DNA of 64,000 nucleotides from Eledone cirrhosa (Eukaryota): NCBI GenBank assembly GCA_964016885.1, contig CAXHJY010000130.1, positions 1,743 to 65,742 of the forward strand, read 5' to 3'. Shown piece by piece: positions 36,851 to 50,618 of this stretch (position 1 is its first letter; each line of letters starts with the position of its first letter). The notes under the pieces were generated by a model. It saw only the letters and a program-made list of their open reading frames with translations, ran no database searches and was not told where the DNA came from. The position numbers and the translations under genes were made by a program.

Positions 36851-37046
36851 TATATAAAAAATGAACTTCTCTAGCAGATATTTTATACACAGAATGTATA
36901 AGAGCTGCAGTACCTTGCCAGTAAACATCACTGACGATGGATAAAAAAAATCCTAACAGACTCATATCTGTCCTTCACACACAGCTACTCAGGCACCTAC
37001 GGCCATAGTATAGCAAGCCATGTCACTCTTCTTTCTTGATTTATAT

Positions 37047-37125
<79 letters not shown>

Positions 37126-37797
37126 GGAGAATAGAAATGGCTGTGTATTTGGTATTTAAGGTTGGGAATACGTAGAAAGCAAAAACAGGGTGGGTGGGGT
37201 GGGATGGGGGGTGGGGTTCCTCATCAGTTGTCTACTGGGGGTCTAGGATATTTCTACGCTTTAAAGAGAAGATACCACTTCACGCCAGGGCGTCAATAAC
37301 TGGATAAGTTATTGGGAAAACGAAGGAAGGAGGGAAGAAAAGCAAAGGGGAAGAAAAGAAAAACAGTAACAAAACAGCGAAAAACCCCCACAAACCCAGT
37401 AATGTGCGACAACTATAGGTAGGTAATCCAAGACCACTTGATAATAGAACTTAAGTTCGAGACCGAGTAATCGAGAGAAACAAGACACACGCCCGATCGC
37501 CGCAATATATAAATATATATATGTATATATATATATATATAAACATATATATTGGTAAACGGAAAAGAAAATGCTGACAAATTGTTCCCAAGTATTCCAA
37601 TACGGCAAGGCCTAATGGATTCCCCTTGCAGTACGTACAATCTGGACACTCACACACACCTTGGTGTTATGACAATACTATATATCATTTTACACCTTTT
37701 ATTATTAAGGTTTTTGATGTTCTATTGAGAGAATCGTTTTTACTGAAAATATCGAATAATGTACACCATTTTTACCAGTATCACAAAAATACTGGTT

Positions 37798-37917
<120 letters not shown>

Positions 37918-40007
37918 TATATATATACACACACACATACACACGCGTACATTAACATACAAAGAGACATATACACACACACACTTCTCCGTATAAGACA
38001 AGAGCTGAAAAATATCTTTTAACATGTTAAAATATCCCCACACACGTACAGACACATTCCTACTGACCATCCCTCTACCACGAATTACTCTGCTACACAC
38101 ACACACACATGTCTTAATAGGCATTTGAACTGTCAACAGGCTGCGGTTCGCACACACATCCCTGCTGACCATTATCACAACAACGAACCTCTTTACTAAT
38201 ACTACTATACACACACATATTTGTTTTGAAAGACTTATTTTTCAGTGACTTCTCAATCAGCCGACACAAACCTACATTTGGCGCAAAATCAATTTTTAAC
38301 ATTCACATGACCTCTACCGACCAATCAAAATTGTTTTGACCACAAGAATTTTTGCAACACGAATTGGCGCGAAACTTATTTTAATACATCTGGAGCCACT
38401 TTTTTCACATAAAACAGGTAGAATTTCCAAAACTAATCAGATTAGAGCAAACATCACGGGCGCTCTATCTCAAAATTAGTTTTGAAAAGCATTAGAAATG
38501 CGCAACCGGTAAAACTTAAAACTAAAACTGAATACTACGCAACCGGTAAAACTTAAAACTAAAACTGAATTACTAATTTTTACTTATTCCTAATCTGTTA
38601 GAACACGAAAAGTGTGAAACAACAGAATGTTCACTTTTCGTGTTCTAACATATATGCCTAGCTTCTTTAAAAAATTTTCGGGGATAGCCGTGGTGGTGGT
38701 GATCGTATGTCATTGGCTAATTTTCAACCAATCAGAGTACCTCTCTCTATATCTCTTCCACTGTTACTTACGCCTGTTTCTCTCTATCTGTTCCGTCTCT
38801 ATATATATCTCTTACTCTTTCGCTTTGCACTCCTCCCCTTCAATACCATCTCTCCCCCTCTCTATATATTTGTTACTCTATCGCTGCACGCTCCTCTCCT
38901 TCAATATATCAATTACACACGCTTTACACTCCTTTATCCCCAGCGCCCCTATATATACACCCCCCCTCTCCCGCATCTATATTTTAATGTACCGTTGCAC
39001 CGTGAATATATGTGTCTATATATATATACATATATATTGTATATACACATTCATGTATGTGTATACACACTCATGTATGTATATACACTGGTTTTATGTG
39101 TGTATTGTAAATTTGTACTGTTAAAACACGAAACTAACATTCGATTGACACTTTGATTACCTGTACAGGCAATAGTTATTAGAATGCTGTTGAAGTGTGT
39201 ATATATTTTGGGGGGACATCCTGTATATACACACATTATATATAATACAATAAACAGATAAATACACACATATATATATGAGCTTATTTAATTATAAATA
39301 TTGTGAATTTTTAACTCAGTTCAATTATATATATAAATGGCTTCTACAGGACTAGAACTGTTTCATTCGAAAGAAATCATCATAATATTGAGAGCGGGGA
39401 CTAGATAAAATATTTCAAATCAAATGTGTATAAGTTATAAGTTAAAAAGTATAAATAGAGACGATAGTGGAGGTATATCTGTTTAGTGGAACAGTAGACG
39501 ATAGAATTAAATACAGACGATAATCTCCCTTTAATGAAACAGCAGACGATAGAATTAAGGCAATTTAAATTTTAAGCATTTGCATTTTTGCCTTTCATCG
39601 TTACGGGGTCGATAAAATAAAGTACCAGTAATACACTGTCACTAGACGACTTTCAAATTGAATTGTTGGTTCCATTCCTTTAGTATTTTCAATTGTAGTT
39701 ATCTACTTAAAAAGCGTTACACGGTTAGAGACATAATTCGTAAGTTATATCTTCCCTATTAAACCATTGCATTATTTCGCCTACAATAGAACAAAAATGA
39801 AATGTTCTTTAAAGAAACAGGAATATAACTTTATAAAAAAAAAAGTTGCATCCGCTTCTTTTATCATTGATAATTTTTTCGTTTTAATATTAATTGTTTT
39901 TTGTAGTTGTTTATATTAAAAATCTTACTGTAATATTTACTTAAACGAAGGCAAACATCTAAACTTATAGATTAATCTTGAGCGAAGGACTAGATAAATC
40001 TCTCTCT

Positions 40008-40127
<120 letters not shown>

Positions 40128-41246
40128 GAAGAATGATAAAATTTCAAGCAAAGAGTTTAATTAGGTATATTTTGTAATATTATTAACTAATTATTATAAT
40201 TAACGCGCATATTTTGCTATCCTCAAACACGTTTACACATGGCATGACATATAACTAATCCGAGATGGCTAGGTTTCATCTTCTAACTGGATATACGAAA
40301 TCCATTATGTCTTGACAACAACATGAGGTAACATTATGTTATTCACAGACACACTTTGTACACTGTTCCATATCAGAATGTATTTCCTTCGTCACATTCA
40401 CAAACAGTATTGAAAATATGTTCTTCGGCAAATAAAAATGTTTTGTTCATAATATTTCAACTAGCGATTGCTCTACTCCACGCACGACCACCATAAATTA
40501 ATGACCAGCTCAACACAAGCACAAGTATTGGTAGAGCGTCAGACACCATGCTTTGCAGTATTGTTATGGTCCTTTGCATTCTAAGTTCGAATCCTGCCGA
40601 GGTTAACTTCGACTTTCATACTTACTAATTCGATAAAATAAAGTACCAGTAATGGACTGCCGTAATGGATTTGTGCCGAAAAATAGAAACACTATTAATG
40701 TGCAATAAGAGCAAAATATAACGACATTGCTCAATTATTTTATCTAATGTTGTAATAACACAAGGAAATGTTGTTTGTGTATTTTTTTTTATATTTGCTC
40801 ATAGGCTTTTACAATTTCGCTCAGCCAACAACTATTAAAAAGTGAGTTGCTTAAGATAACAATTTAATCACAAATTGTTGCTATCTTTTAATACACTCCA
40901 ACAAGTCATCAAATTATGTACAATAAAAACAAATCTTATTAATTTGCTCAGGGAATATAAAGAAAATGTATATACACTGATAATTGCAATTGTATGTAAA
41001 TATTTTGTTTTTGTATTGTATATTTTATGTTTTCTATTATGTATAATATATTGATTTAATATTGATTGTTTTTTGTAGTTGTTTATATTAAAAGTCTGAA
41101 AATATTTTTATACATCTTACACTAATATTTATAAGATAATTTATAATAACAATTACATAATCTAATTACATTACAACGATAATTTATTATTAATATATAT
41201 CCTGTTTAACTAGAGTTATTACAAGCGTTGCCTTAAAAAAATATTA

Positions 41247-42205
41247 AACTAGACATGAAAAATGCGCAAGCTCAAAAGTGCCACAGAATGTTATAATAAA
41301 CCTTCAAAAGTGTGGGACTAGAGTTGTTGCTAAAAAATATTGTAATCATTATATATCGTACATTCTGTGGCATCCTTTATAAAAATAGCTTAAACCAACG
41401 AAGCCTTTATTTTTACGCTATTTCACTTAGTTAATTCTTAGAGTGTAACATATAAAAATAAATACATCTATGTTTAATGTAATAACAGCTATAAATAATT
41501 ACGTAATATTATTATCATATACTCATAGTAACAAAATAATTGTGTTGAAACTTAATATGATGCTTATATGAACGATCAAATCTATAATGATAATTTCTTA
41601 AATATACTAATAGTAAAATAATTTAGTTATCTATTGTTACATTTTCATAGAACTATAATATTAACAATCGTATTGCATTATCAAATTTTTATCACTACAA
41701 ACTTTCATATTGGAATTACCTTAAGCCACTTATTATTACTTCGCTTTCGTACTTTTACAGCTGTAGATATTGCGCTGTATCTTATATCTAATATCAATAT
41801 CTCGTGGTAATTTGCATGAAGTGTAAAATAGGTTTATTAATAACTTTAATATGAAATGTATTATACAGGGCTGCGGAGTCGGCCAAAAATTGACTGGCTC
41901 CAACTCAGGATCCGATACTCCATTATTTCCTAAATTTCAGCTCCGCAGCTCTGTTATTATATTAATTAATTTATTTTATAGTTGTAAATCATATTTTTAT
42001 ATGTTACACTCTAAGAATTAACTAAGTGAAATAGCGTAAAAATAAAGGCTTCGTTGGTTTAAGCTATTTTTATAAAGGATGCCACAGAATGTACGATATA
42101 TAATGATTACAATATTTTTTAGCAACAACTCTAGTCCCACACTTTTGAAGGTTTATTATAACATTCTGTGGCACTTTTGAGCTTGCGCATTTTTCATGTC
42201 TAGTT
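41247..42205. repeat. ~214-bp near-perfect inverted repeat (41247-41460 / 41992-42205)
   Basis: Direct reverse-complement match read by eye. Confidence 0.85.
41866..41953. mobile_element. 88-bp MITE-like element
   Basis: TIRs CAGGGCTGCGGAG / CTCCGCAGCTCTG; flanks GTATTATA / TTATTATA (imperfect 8-bp TSD, hAT-like). Confidence 0.55.
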
Positions 42206-42308
42206 AAACTATTTTTCACTGGGAACAATTTGTCAGCATTTTCTTTACCGTTTACCAATATATCATAACTCATGTGTTACACCTCTATTCTTTTAAACAC
42301 ACACACAC

Positions 42309-42370
<62 letters not shown>

Positions 42371-42374
<4 letters not shown>

Positions 42375-44042
42375 TGTTATACTTTTGGAGGGTCATGTTG
42401 CCAATAAGAAACACACGCACCAGTTGCTTTCACTCCAATTTATTATAAATTAAATTTATAAATTTAAGAATTTATAAATTTCCGGTTGGTTGGTTGGTTC
42501 CACAACCGGACGGTTGTTCATATATTGTCAAAGTTCTTTCGACACACATTCTGTGACCTCTTCAGTGACTGGGGATTCTTTTCTTTGTTTTGTGCCTCTC
42601 CTTTGTTCGTTCTGTCCTACGCCATCTTGTTTTTGTGTGTGTTGTGTGCTTAGTTTGCGCATGTGTTATATCCGGGTGTCTGTGTGTGTTTTTATTTGTT
42701 TATTTATATGTTACTGGTTGGTTGTTAACAAAAAACAAATCCGCCATTCCCATTATGCCAAACCCATGACTTCCAAATATCTGATCCACCGAAACTCAGC
42801 TGTTTCGGATCACACCAAAATCAACATACTGATTGCGGATTTGATACGGGTGATGAGAAACGTGTCCCGCATGTGCAACCACAAAGAACTAGAGAGACAC
42901 ATACAGCACTTCATCCATCGTATGCAGTTCTCTGGTTATACTCAGAGAGATAAAATCAGAGTATATAGAGGAGCCAGAACCAAATGGGAAAAAATGGTAA
43001 ATAATGATACAAATGGGACCTGCCCCTTGTATAGGAGCAAAGTTTGGAATAGAATAGAAAGAACTAGGAATAATGTTAATAGAATAAACTCATGGTATGA
43101 TAGCAATAAATACCAGAGTGTAATGTTCATCAATACAACCCCTAGAAGTGAATTAGCTTACAAATTAAGAAGGGCCCTAGATAAACTTAAACTTAATATT
43201 AAGATAGTAGAAAGACCAGGTACCTCCATAAAAACACTTATTAGCAATACATTCCCTTTCAAAGACCTCCCTGTATAGATAAGAAATGCATAATCTGTAA
43301 ACTAAACCCCATATTAACTGTAAAACTAGAAATGTAGTATATAGCATAAGATGTACTGAAGGACAATGTAAAGATAAGAATATAGTGTACATAGGTGAGA
43401 CAGTTCGTAGTATAGGAGAACGGATAAATGAACACTGGCGAGAGCTTCAAGATAAAAAAGAATCATCAATACTCCACCAACATGCTAAAATAGAACATAA
43501 GGACAAATTAGAGAACATAGAAATAAAAATAGAATCTACACACAGAAAAGACGCAATGTTTAGACAAATCACAGAGGCAATAAACATAAATGAACTCCAA
43601 CCAAAATTAAATAGAAAACATGAATGGAATAGCAACATCACAACTTACAATTAAGGACAAAATGAAAACACACACACACATAGAACAAACAACCAACCAG
43701 TAAAATGTAAATAAACAAATAAAAACACACAGACACCCGGATGTAACACATGCGCAAACTAAGCACACAGCACACACAAAAACAAGATGGCGTAGGACAG
43801 AACGAACAAAGGAGAGGCACAGAAACAAAGAAAATAATCCCCAGTCACTGAAGAGGTCACCGAATGTGTGACGAAAGAACTTTGACAATATATGAACAAC
43901 CGTCCGATTGTGGAACCAACCAACCAACCGGAAATTTAAAAATTCTTAAATTTATAAATTTAATTTCTAATAAATTGAAGTGAAAGCAACTGGTGCGTGT
44001 GTTTCTTATTGGCAACATGACCCTCCCAAAGTATAACAATAT
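42371..44042 (+). mobile_element. 5'-truncated Penelope-like element with ~355-bp inverted termini (42371-42726 / 43688-44042)
   Basis: 42727-43654 encodes the RT thumb (HYAKPMTSKYLIHRNSA) and GIY-YIG (VVYSIRC...IVYIGETVRSIGERINEH), with a frameshift near 43270. Confidence 0.9.
43844..43886 (+). ncRNA. Type I hammerhead ribozyme (inverted copy 42527-42569)
   Basis: GTCA-CTGAAGA-G-GTCAC-CGAATGT-GTGAC-GAAA-G-AA-C-T-T-TGAC; CUU triplet. Confidence 0.75.
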
Positions 44043-44096
44043 CGGTTTCAACACACGTTTTCAGATAAAGAATCTTGCTAAACAAATTCAGAAACG

Positions 44097-44167
<71 letters not shown>

Positions 44168-44662
44168 AGTGTGTGTTTGTGCTAGTGTGTGGGAGTGTGT
44201 GGGAGTGGGGGCCTTATATGTGTGCGTGTGTGAATGTGTTTGTAAAGATCTGACCATAGGCATTGTTAGCTTAAATGAACCTTAAAGATCAGGAGTGGCA
44301 CCCCCAGTGTGAACCTATCTATAGAATTTGTTCTGCCTTTGTTACTCTAAATATAGTTTTTAAAGAATTCCCTTTTCTTTAAATCCATCAACCAATGACC
44401 TCCACCCATCCCAATGACCACCCTCTCCTACCACCAGAAAATATATAAATACCTCCATATTACTCCCGAATGAGACAGTTCTAGTCCTGTAGAAGCCTTT
44501 TCTATATTAAATATATATATATATAAATAACGAAGGAAGTGAGGTAAGGAACCAGGTGGACCATAACGCACCAGAGTACTCGATACTTTGGGTAGTAGAG
44601 TGGGTAAGAGGAAAGGTTCAGGACCTATTTTTGGTCCTGAACCTTTTCCCATATATATATTA

Positions 44663-44701
<39 letters not shown>

Positions 44702-45229
44702 GTTTCTATTTTTGGCACAAGGCCAGCAATTACTCAGTACATTACTGGTACTTTATTTTATCGACCCCGTAAGGATGAAAGGCAAAGTTAACCTCGGCGG
44801 GATTTGAACTCAGATCATAAAGGGACGAAACTCTATGCTTCAAAGCATGGTGTCCGACTCTCTACCGATACTGCCAATCCATATATATATAATTGTTTCT
44901 ACTTTTGGCACAAGGCCAGCAATTACTCAGTACATTACTGGTACTTTATTTTATCGACCCCGTAAGGATGAAAGGCAAAGTAAACCTCGGCGGGATTTGA
45001 ACTCAGAATGGCAAGGACCGTTCTGAGTTCAAATCCCGCGGAGGTTTACTTTGCCTTTCATCCTTACGGGGTCGATATATATATATATATATATAATCCA
45101 TGTATATATAATATAATTTTATATGTATAGAAGTAGTTCCTCAACCGGTTATTCGCCATTTTCGAGAACAATTTGTTTCACCTAAGACGGATCATCAGCT
45201 CCGTTAAAATAAGATTATACGAATACGAA

Positions 45230-45264
<35 letters not shown>

Positions 45265-45284
45265 ACATATATATATATATACAC

Positions 45285-45351
<67 letters not shown>

Positions 45352-45357
45352 ATATAG

Positions 45358-45452
45358 ATGAGATTCTACAGGACTAGAACTGTTTCATTCTTTAGAAATC
45401 ATCAGGAATCCTGATGATTTCTAAAGAATGAAACAGTTCTAGTCCTGTAAAA

Positions 45453-45458
<6 letters not shown>
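45358..45458. ncRNA. 101-bp palindrome of back-to-back hammerheads; complete type I HHR on minus strand 45362-45410 (fragments at 39342-39385, 44467-44497)
   Basis: Minus strand GATTC-CTGATGA-T-TTC-TAAA-GAA-T-GAAA-CAG-TTCTAGTC-CTG-T-A-GAATC; GUA triplet. Embedded in (TA)n. Confidence 0.72.
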
Positions 45459-45527
<69 letters not shown>

Positions 45528-45819
45528 AAATTAAAATTAAGGGTTGTCATGTCTGAGAGACATGGTTATTTTTCTTCTCCTTTGGTGAACATCCAAGAAT
45601 TTAACTGCTGTGATTTACGGATTAATAGGTGAAATATATTTCTTACTTAAAGAAATATAAACAAAGGAGATTAATCATTTTAAAAGGTATCTATATTTGA
45701 AGTTCTAGTCAAACTTTAATTAGTTACCTACCTAGCTATGTGTGCTTACATTCTTTACAAATTATTCCCTGTAATTGTTTCATGTATTTATTTTATATAT
45801 ATGTCAATCTATTTCTAGT

Positions 45820-45863
<44 letters not shown>

Positions 45864-46260
45864 ATAATTGTTTCTAATTTTGGCAGAAGGCCAGCAATTA
45901 TCCCAGTGTATTACTGGTACTTTATTTTATCGACCCCGTAAGGATGAAAGGCAAAGTTAACCTCGGCGGGATTTGCACTCAGACCATAAAGGGCCGTAAC
46001 TCTTTGCTATAAAGCATGGCGTCACCCTCTACCGATACTGCCAATCATAGTAATAATAATAATAAATATGAAAACAAAATCGAAAGAGGGCTCGATAAGG
46101 ATAAACATATATCAAATATACAAGAACCCTAGAGAAAATATTTATTAAAATAACAGATTAAAGTTTAATCAAAGAATCGCTGCTTTCACTCTTAACGGGA
46201 TCTTCTGAAACTAAAAAAATCAATCTGTGAACACAGAAGTAAATATTTCGAAAAACGTTG

Positions 46261-47983
46261 TTGCTGATACGGTCATACCTTCGGCCACAGGGGTGCAACA
46301 GGGCGACCATTCGGGACCCCTCCTGTTTGCCCTTGGTATACACCACATCGCCCGGAGTATCACGGCCCTTGTCAATGTTTGGTATCTGGATGATTCTAAA
46401 TTGGGCGGGCTTGTACAGACTGTCTGCCATGACCTACAATCGGTGGTTCCTGCCTTAGCAGGAATCGGCCTCCAGGTCAAATCGGCCAAGTCGGAGGTGG
46501 TGAATGTCAGCCACAATGCTGAGAGCTTTGCAGCATCCATCTCGGACGTGCGGTCCATTCTCCACCAGGTACATGTGACCCCCAAAGAGGATGTCCTCAT
46601 CCTCGGGTCACCTATCCACCCGCCGGCCATCCGCTCCACCATCAGGTCCAGACTTCAACAACTCCAGACTCTCACAAGCCGACTGGGCTTGATTGACGGC
46701 CACCCAGCCCTCTTTCTGTTAAGGAACTGCTTCGTCATACCGAAGCTCCTCTATACCCTTCACAGCGCTCCGTGCTACACTCACACATCTCTCCTCGCTG
46801 ACCTCGATACTTGTATCCGAGCAGCCAAGGAGATATGCGACGTCAGGTTTGACGACATTGGATGGCAACAGGCGACTTAACCTGTCAGGTATGGCAGCCT
46901 TGGCCTCCGGTCTCCGATCTCACTGGCTTTGCCGGCCTATCTTTCGTCGGTACCCTCGTGCCGTGTCCTCGCCAGCAGGGTTCTTCTAAACACAATAGAA
47001 CCCTCTGTGTTCAGAGAACGTGAGGACGCCTGTGAGACGTGGGACCGGCTGGGACTCAGCCCAGTAGACGTCCCTCCTTCTAACCCTGTTGACGTCAAGT
47101 CCCTCCAGAGCACTTGGGATGCCATCCAGTGAGGCTGGCCTCAGACAAGCTCACGCGCCTGCTCGACCAGTACCGCCTTGCCTGGTTTCGTGCGGCCTCC
47201 AAACCCCACAGTGGTGCCTGGCTCCATGCCTTGCCCTCCTTCTTCACTGGCACGCAGCTAGATAACAATAGCCTGCGCATCAGCGTTTCTTTAAGGCTCG
47301 GCCTCCGGATCTGCGAGCCACACCAACGTCGCTGTGGATAGACGGTGATCCCTTTCGGCCTCCACCCGCTTTCCTGTCGCCACAGTGCCGGCCGCCTTCC
47401 ACGCCATGCTGCCCTCAACGAGGTCATAAAGCATGGCTTGGGCGCTGCAAGCTTCCCTTCCCAGCTCGAGCCAGTGGCGCTGGACCGAGGGGACGGCAAA
47501 AGGCCAGATGGCATGACCATCTTCCCGTTCAGCGGTAGAAAACTCCTCGTCTGGGATGCCACTTGCACCGACACTTTCTGCAGCCGCAACCTGGTTCAGT
47601 CTGCGATTAACCCGGGTTCTGCTGCACGTCGGACTGAGGAAGCTAAATTCCTCAAATATCGATCGCTCTCCGACAGGTTTGCGGTTGTACCCCTGGCAGT
47701 GGAAACTTCTGGTGTCCTCGGCCCCAGGGCTACCTCCCTACTCACCACCATAGGCGCTGAGCTGGCCAGCTGCAGGTGTGAGCCTCGCGAGTTGGAGTGG
47801 CTTTTCCAGCGCGTCTCTCTTGCCGTCCTCCGGGAAAACGCCTTCTCCACCCTGACCGCCGGGGCTGGGGGAGGGGGGAGGGGGGTATCGCGTATCATTC
47901 CATATTTAATTATGGTCGGTATGTGTATGTTTATATATATATTACTTTTATTTTCATTCAGCATCATTTCATTCTTCATTGTT
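46261..47983 (+). mobile_element. CRE-clade retrotransposon, 5'-truncated (RT C-half + RLE), inserted into a family X repeat
   Basis: GVQQGDHSGPLLF, WYLDD, ILGSPI, RHAALNEVI, KRPDGMT, with stops and frameshifts. Family X sequence resumes at 47984. Confidence 0.88.
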
Positions 47984-48834
47984 AGACGATACTTTGGTTC
48001 GTGAAGAATTTCCCTGGCAATGAACGGAAAAAAGCGAAGATAATACGTCGTTATGTGGACGTTGAGAACAAATACACGCAAAGACGAAACTACGTTTATA
48101 GTATAAATGGAGTCATAGACTAATATTCTATATAGAAAACCGAATGATTCCCGGCTTCGGAGTTAAGAATAGTGTAAATAATTTTTTTTTATTGCTGTTG
48201 CTGTCACAATAATTAGTTGAACGGAAATGACAGAGGTTATTAAAATCATAAAAGTAATAGTAATTAAATATATACATACACACGTCTATATACGTACATA
48301 CACGTGCATACGCGAAAAAACACGCCATGCATACATATACATGCACGGACACATAAATACTCGCACACGTACGTAAACCAGCGTGACACATGTACCCTCA
48401 CACATACGAACGTATGCACCAAATACACATATAAATATATGCGTGTGTGTGTGTATACATATAATTATATATACGTATATAAATATACACACATAAATAC
48501 TTATATAACGCACACACACACATACCTACAGGTAAAAGCACATATGTTCACCAAACGTACATATACCAAAATCTAAAGAACACATATACACACCTTACAT
48601 ACGTGCAAACACGCATACACGCAAATACACTCGCACAAATATGAAATACACATATACACAGTTTTGTCTTTGCGTGTATTTGTTCTCAGCGCTCCACATA
48701 ATGACGTATTATCTTCGCTTTTTCCGTTCATTGCCAGGGAACGTCTTCACGAACCAAAGTATCGTCTTCCTGTTTTCCTTCGGTTGCAACGTTTTTCGAA
48801 ATATTTATATCTGCGTTCACAGATTGATTTTTTT

Positions 48835-48885
48835 AGTTTCAGAAGATCCCGTTAAGGGTGAAAGCAGCGATTCTTTGCTTAAACT
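48835..48885 (+). ncRNA. Family X type I hammerhead with variant core CAGAAGA
   Basis: AGTTT-CAGAAGA-T-CCC-GTTAA-GGG-T-GAAA-GCA-GCGATTCTT-TGC-T-T-AAACT. Confidence 0.65.
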
Positions 48886-50452
48886 TTAATCTGTTATTTT
48901 AATATATATATTTATATATATAGAGAGAGAGAGCATTGCAAGATGTGTAATTAAGAATGTATTGGGAATAGTGAATAGAAAATATTATGAAATCTGAGAA
49001 GAGTCAAGTAAAGAAAAAAAAAAAAAAAAAGCAACCACAGAAAAATAGATTGTATTCTATATTTCATAAGGTTAGAAATTCTTTATCAAATTACGAAAAT
49101 TCGAGACTTCCTAGTCTTATGAGCTATTGTTAGTTGTGTAACTGACCGTTGGTGGAAAGGTGATATGTACTGACTGGTCACAATAGTCAGTCAGCTCCAT
49201 GTAGCTCAGATCTGTTGTTAATACTAAGTTTATACCTCTTGATAAGAACAGCCTCATTGACCTACAAATTACCAGTGTTCCTCTCAGTGGCTTCTCCGGT
49301 GACTTCAGTATCCCGGTTGTGGTATTTACGCAAGTGGTTTTCAACAGAGGAAGCACTTGTGATCATATTATTCCTTGATTCATATGTGTAGCCTCCAGAC
49401 ATTACTTCCAATATTTTACATTTGACATGTATACCACATATGAATTCATGCACATGCTCCCGTTGTTAATGGGACAATTAAGAGTCTGTATATATCATTA
49501 ATATATGAGGTTGAATTATGGAGTGTAGTCTCTTCAGTGAAGATCCTAATTGTACCAGTTATATATTCAGACTTTCCCCCGGTGTTCCACTCGTCGAAGT
49601 GTAACAGTTTTAGATAGCATAAGATATCCCTAGGGGTGCTGGCCCCCCTTGATGGTGTGATGGAATCCTGATATTTGGTGAGAGATACAAGGTAGCAATT
49701 TTCAATGAAGACTATTGGAAACACTTTAGTGCAGGGTATTTTTCTCCGTTGTGAAAAACGTGAATGGTGAAGTGTAAACACTTTCAACTATTCCTCCCAA
49801 CACAGAAAAACAAACGGGATTATACTTATACCTGAAGTTTTGCGAATTGTGTCGCCTCATCTGAAAAAAAACAACCCTAATATTTTTCGATCACGAATAC
49901 ATTGTATATAAAGTCAACATATTGGCTGGAATATTAGATAGAAATAGTGTAGGTAATAGAGAAGCTACACAAGATTTGAGGCTCAGGAAATTATCAATTT
50001 AGTAAAACAATAAAGGCAGACGAAATAATATTTTCAACCTCAAAAATATCTGATTTAAACATAGAAAAAAACGTGCTTAAAAATTACCTTTTCCTCTTAA
50101 CGTTAAGCGTGAAAATTCAATGCCCGGAATCATTTACAATTTATTCTCATGAATTATATAAAGACCTGTTTGTAGTAATTTGTATATGTAGTATCAATAA
50201 AGATGGTTTGAAGAAATATTTTACTAATAAATTGAATGTTTGTTTACACATTATCAAACATGTGATTAAAGTTGTGATTATTGAACCAATTTGTGAAACG
50301 TTTCTGATATCATTGTGATAACTCCATTTCTCACTAGTTTAATATTGGGAAAGTTGCTATTTTAGAATATGGAATTAGGGAAAACTATTAGGCTAAATAA
50401 ATTTATTTCTTCAATTAATTAATTTATGCAGGTGATCATGTTTATTATAGGT

Positions 50453-50461
50453 TATATAAAG
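50453..50461 (+). promoter_or_regulatory. Candidate TATA box
   Basis: TATATAAAG ~100 bp upstream of ACCACCATG (50558). Confidence 0.55.
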
Positions 50462-50557
50462 AGTTCTTCTAAGACATTTGTCGAACCTGTCTTTGTTTCG
50501 AAGATAACAACCATCACCAGTCTACAACAGGAAAATAAGATAAACCAATTGACCACC

Positions 50558-50618
50558 ATGTTGTACCAATTGCTACTAGTATTAGCAGCATTTTCATTCG
50601 TAAACAGCTACAACAACT
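50558..50618 (+). CDS. Exon 1: signal peptide of giant Cys-rich repeat protein
   Basis: Strong Kozak ACCACCATG; MLYQLLLVLAAFSFVNS-YNN; GTAAGT donor at 50619, phase 1, which matches the exon 2 frame. Confidence 0.85.

Noticed and set aside
42490-42726. Hydrophobic N-terminus of the 262-aa ORF
   Set aside because: Read-through from the inverted terminal repeat; true PLE coding sequence starts ~42727.
49097-49790. Short minus-strand ORFs possibly from a decayed transposon or integrase
   Set aside because: No recognisable motif could be read with confidence.
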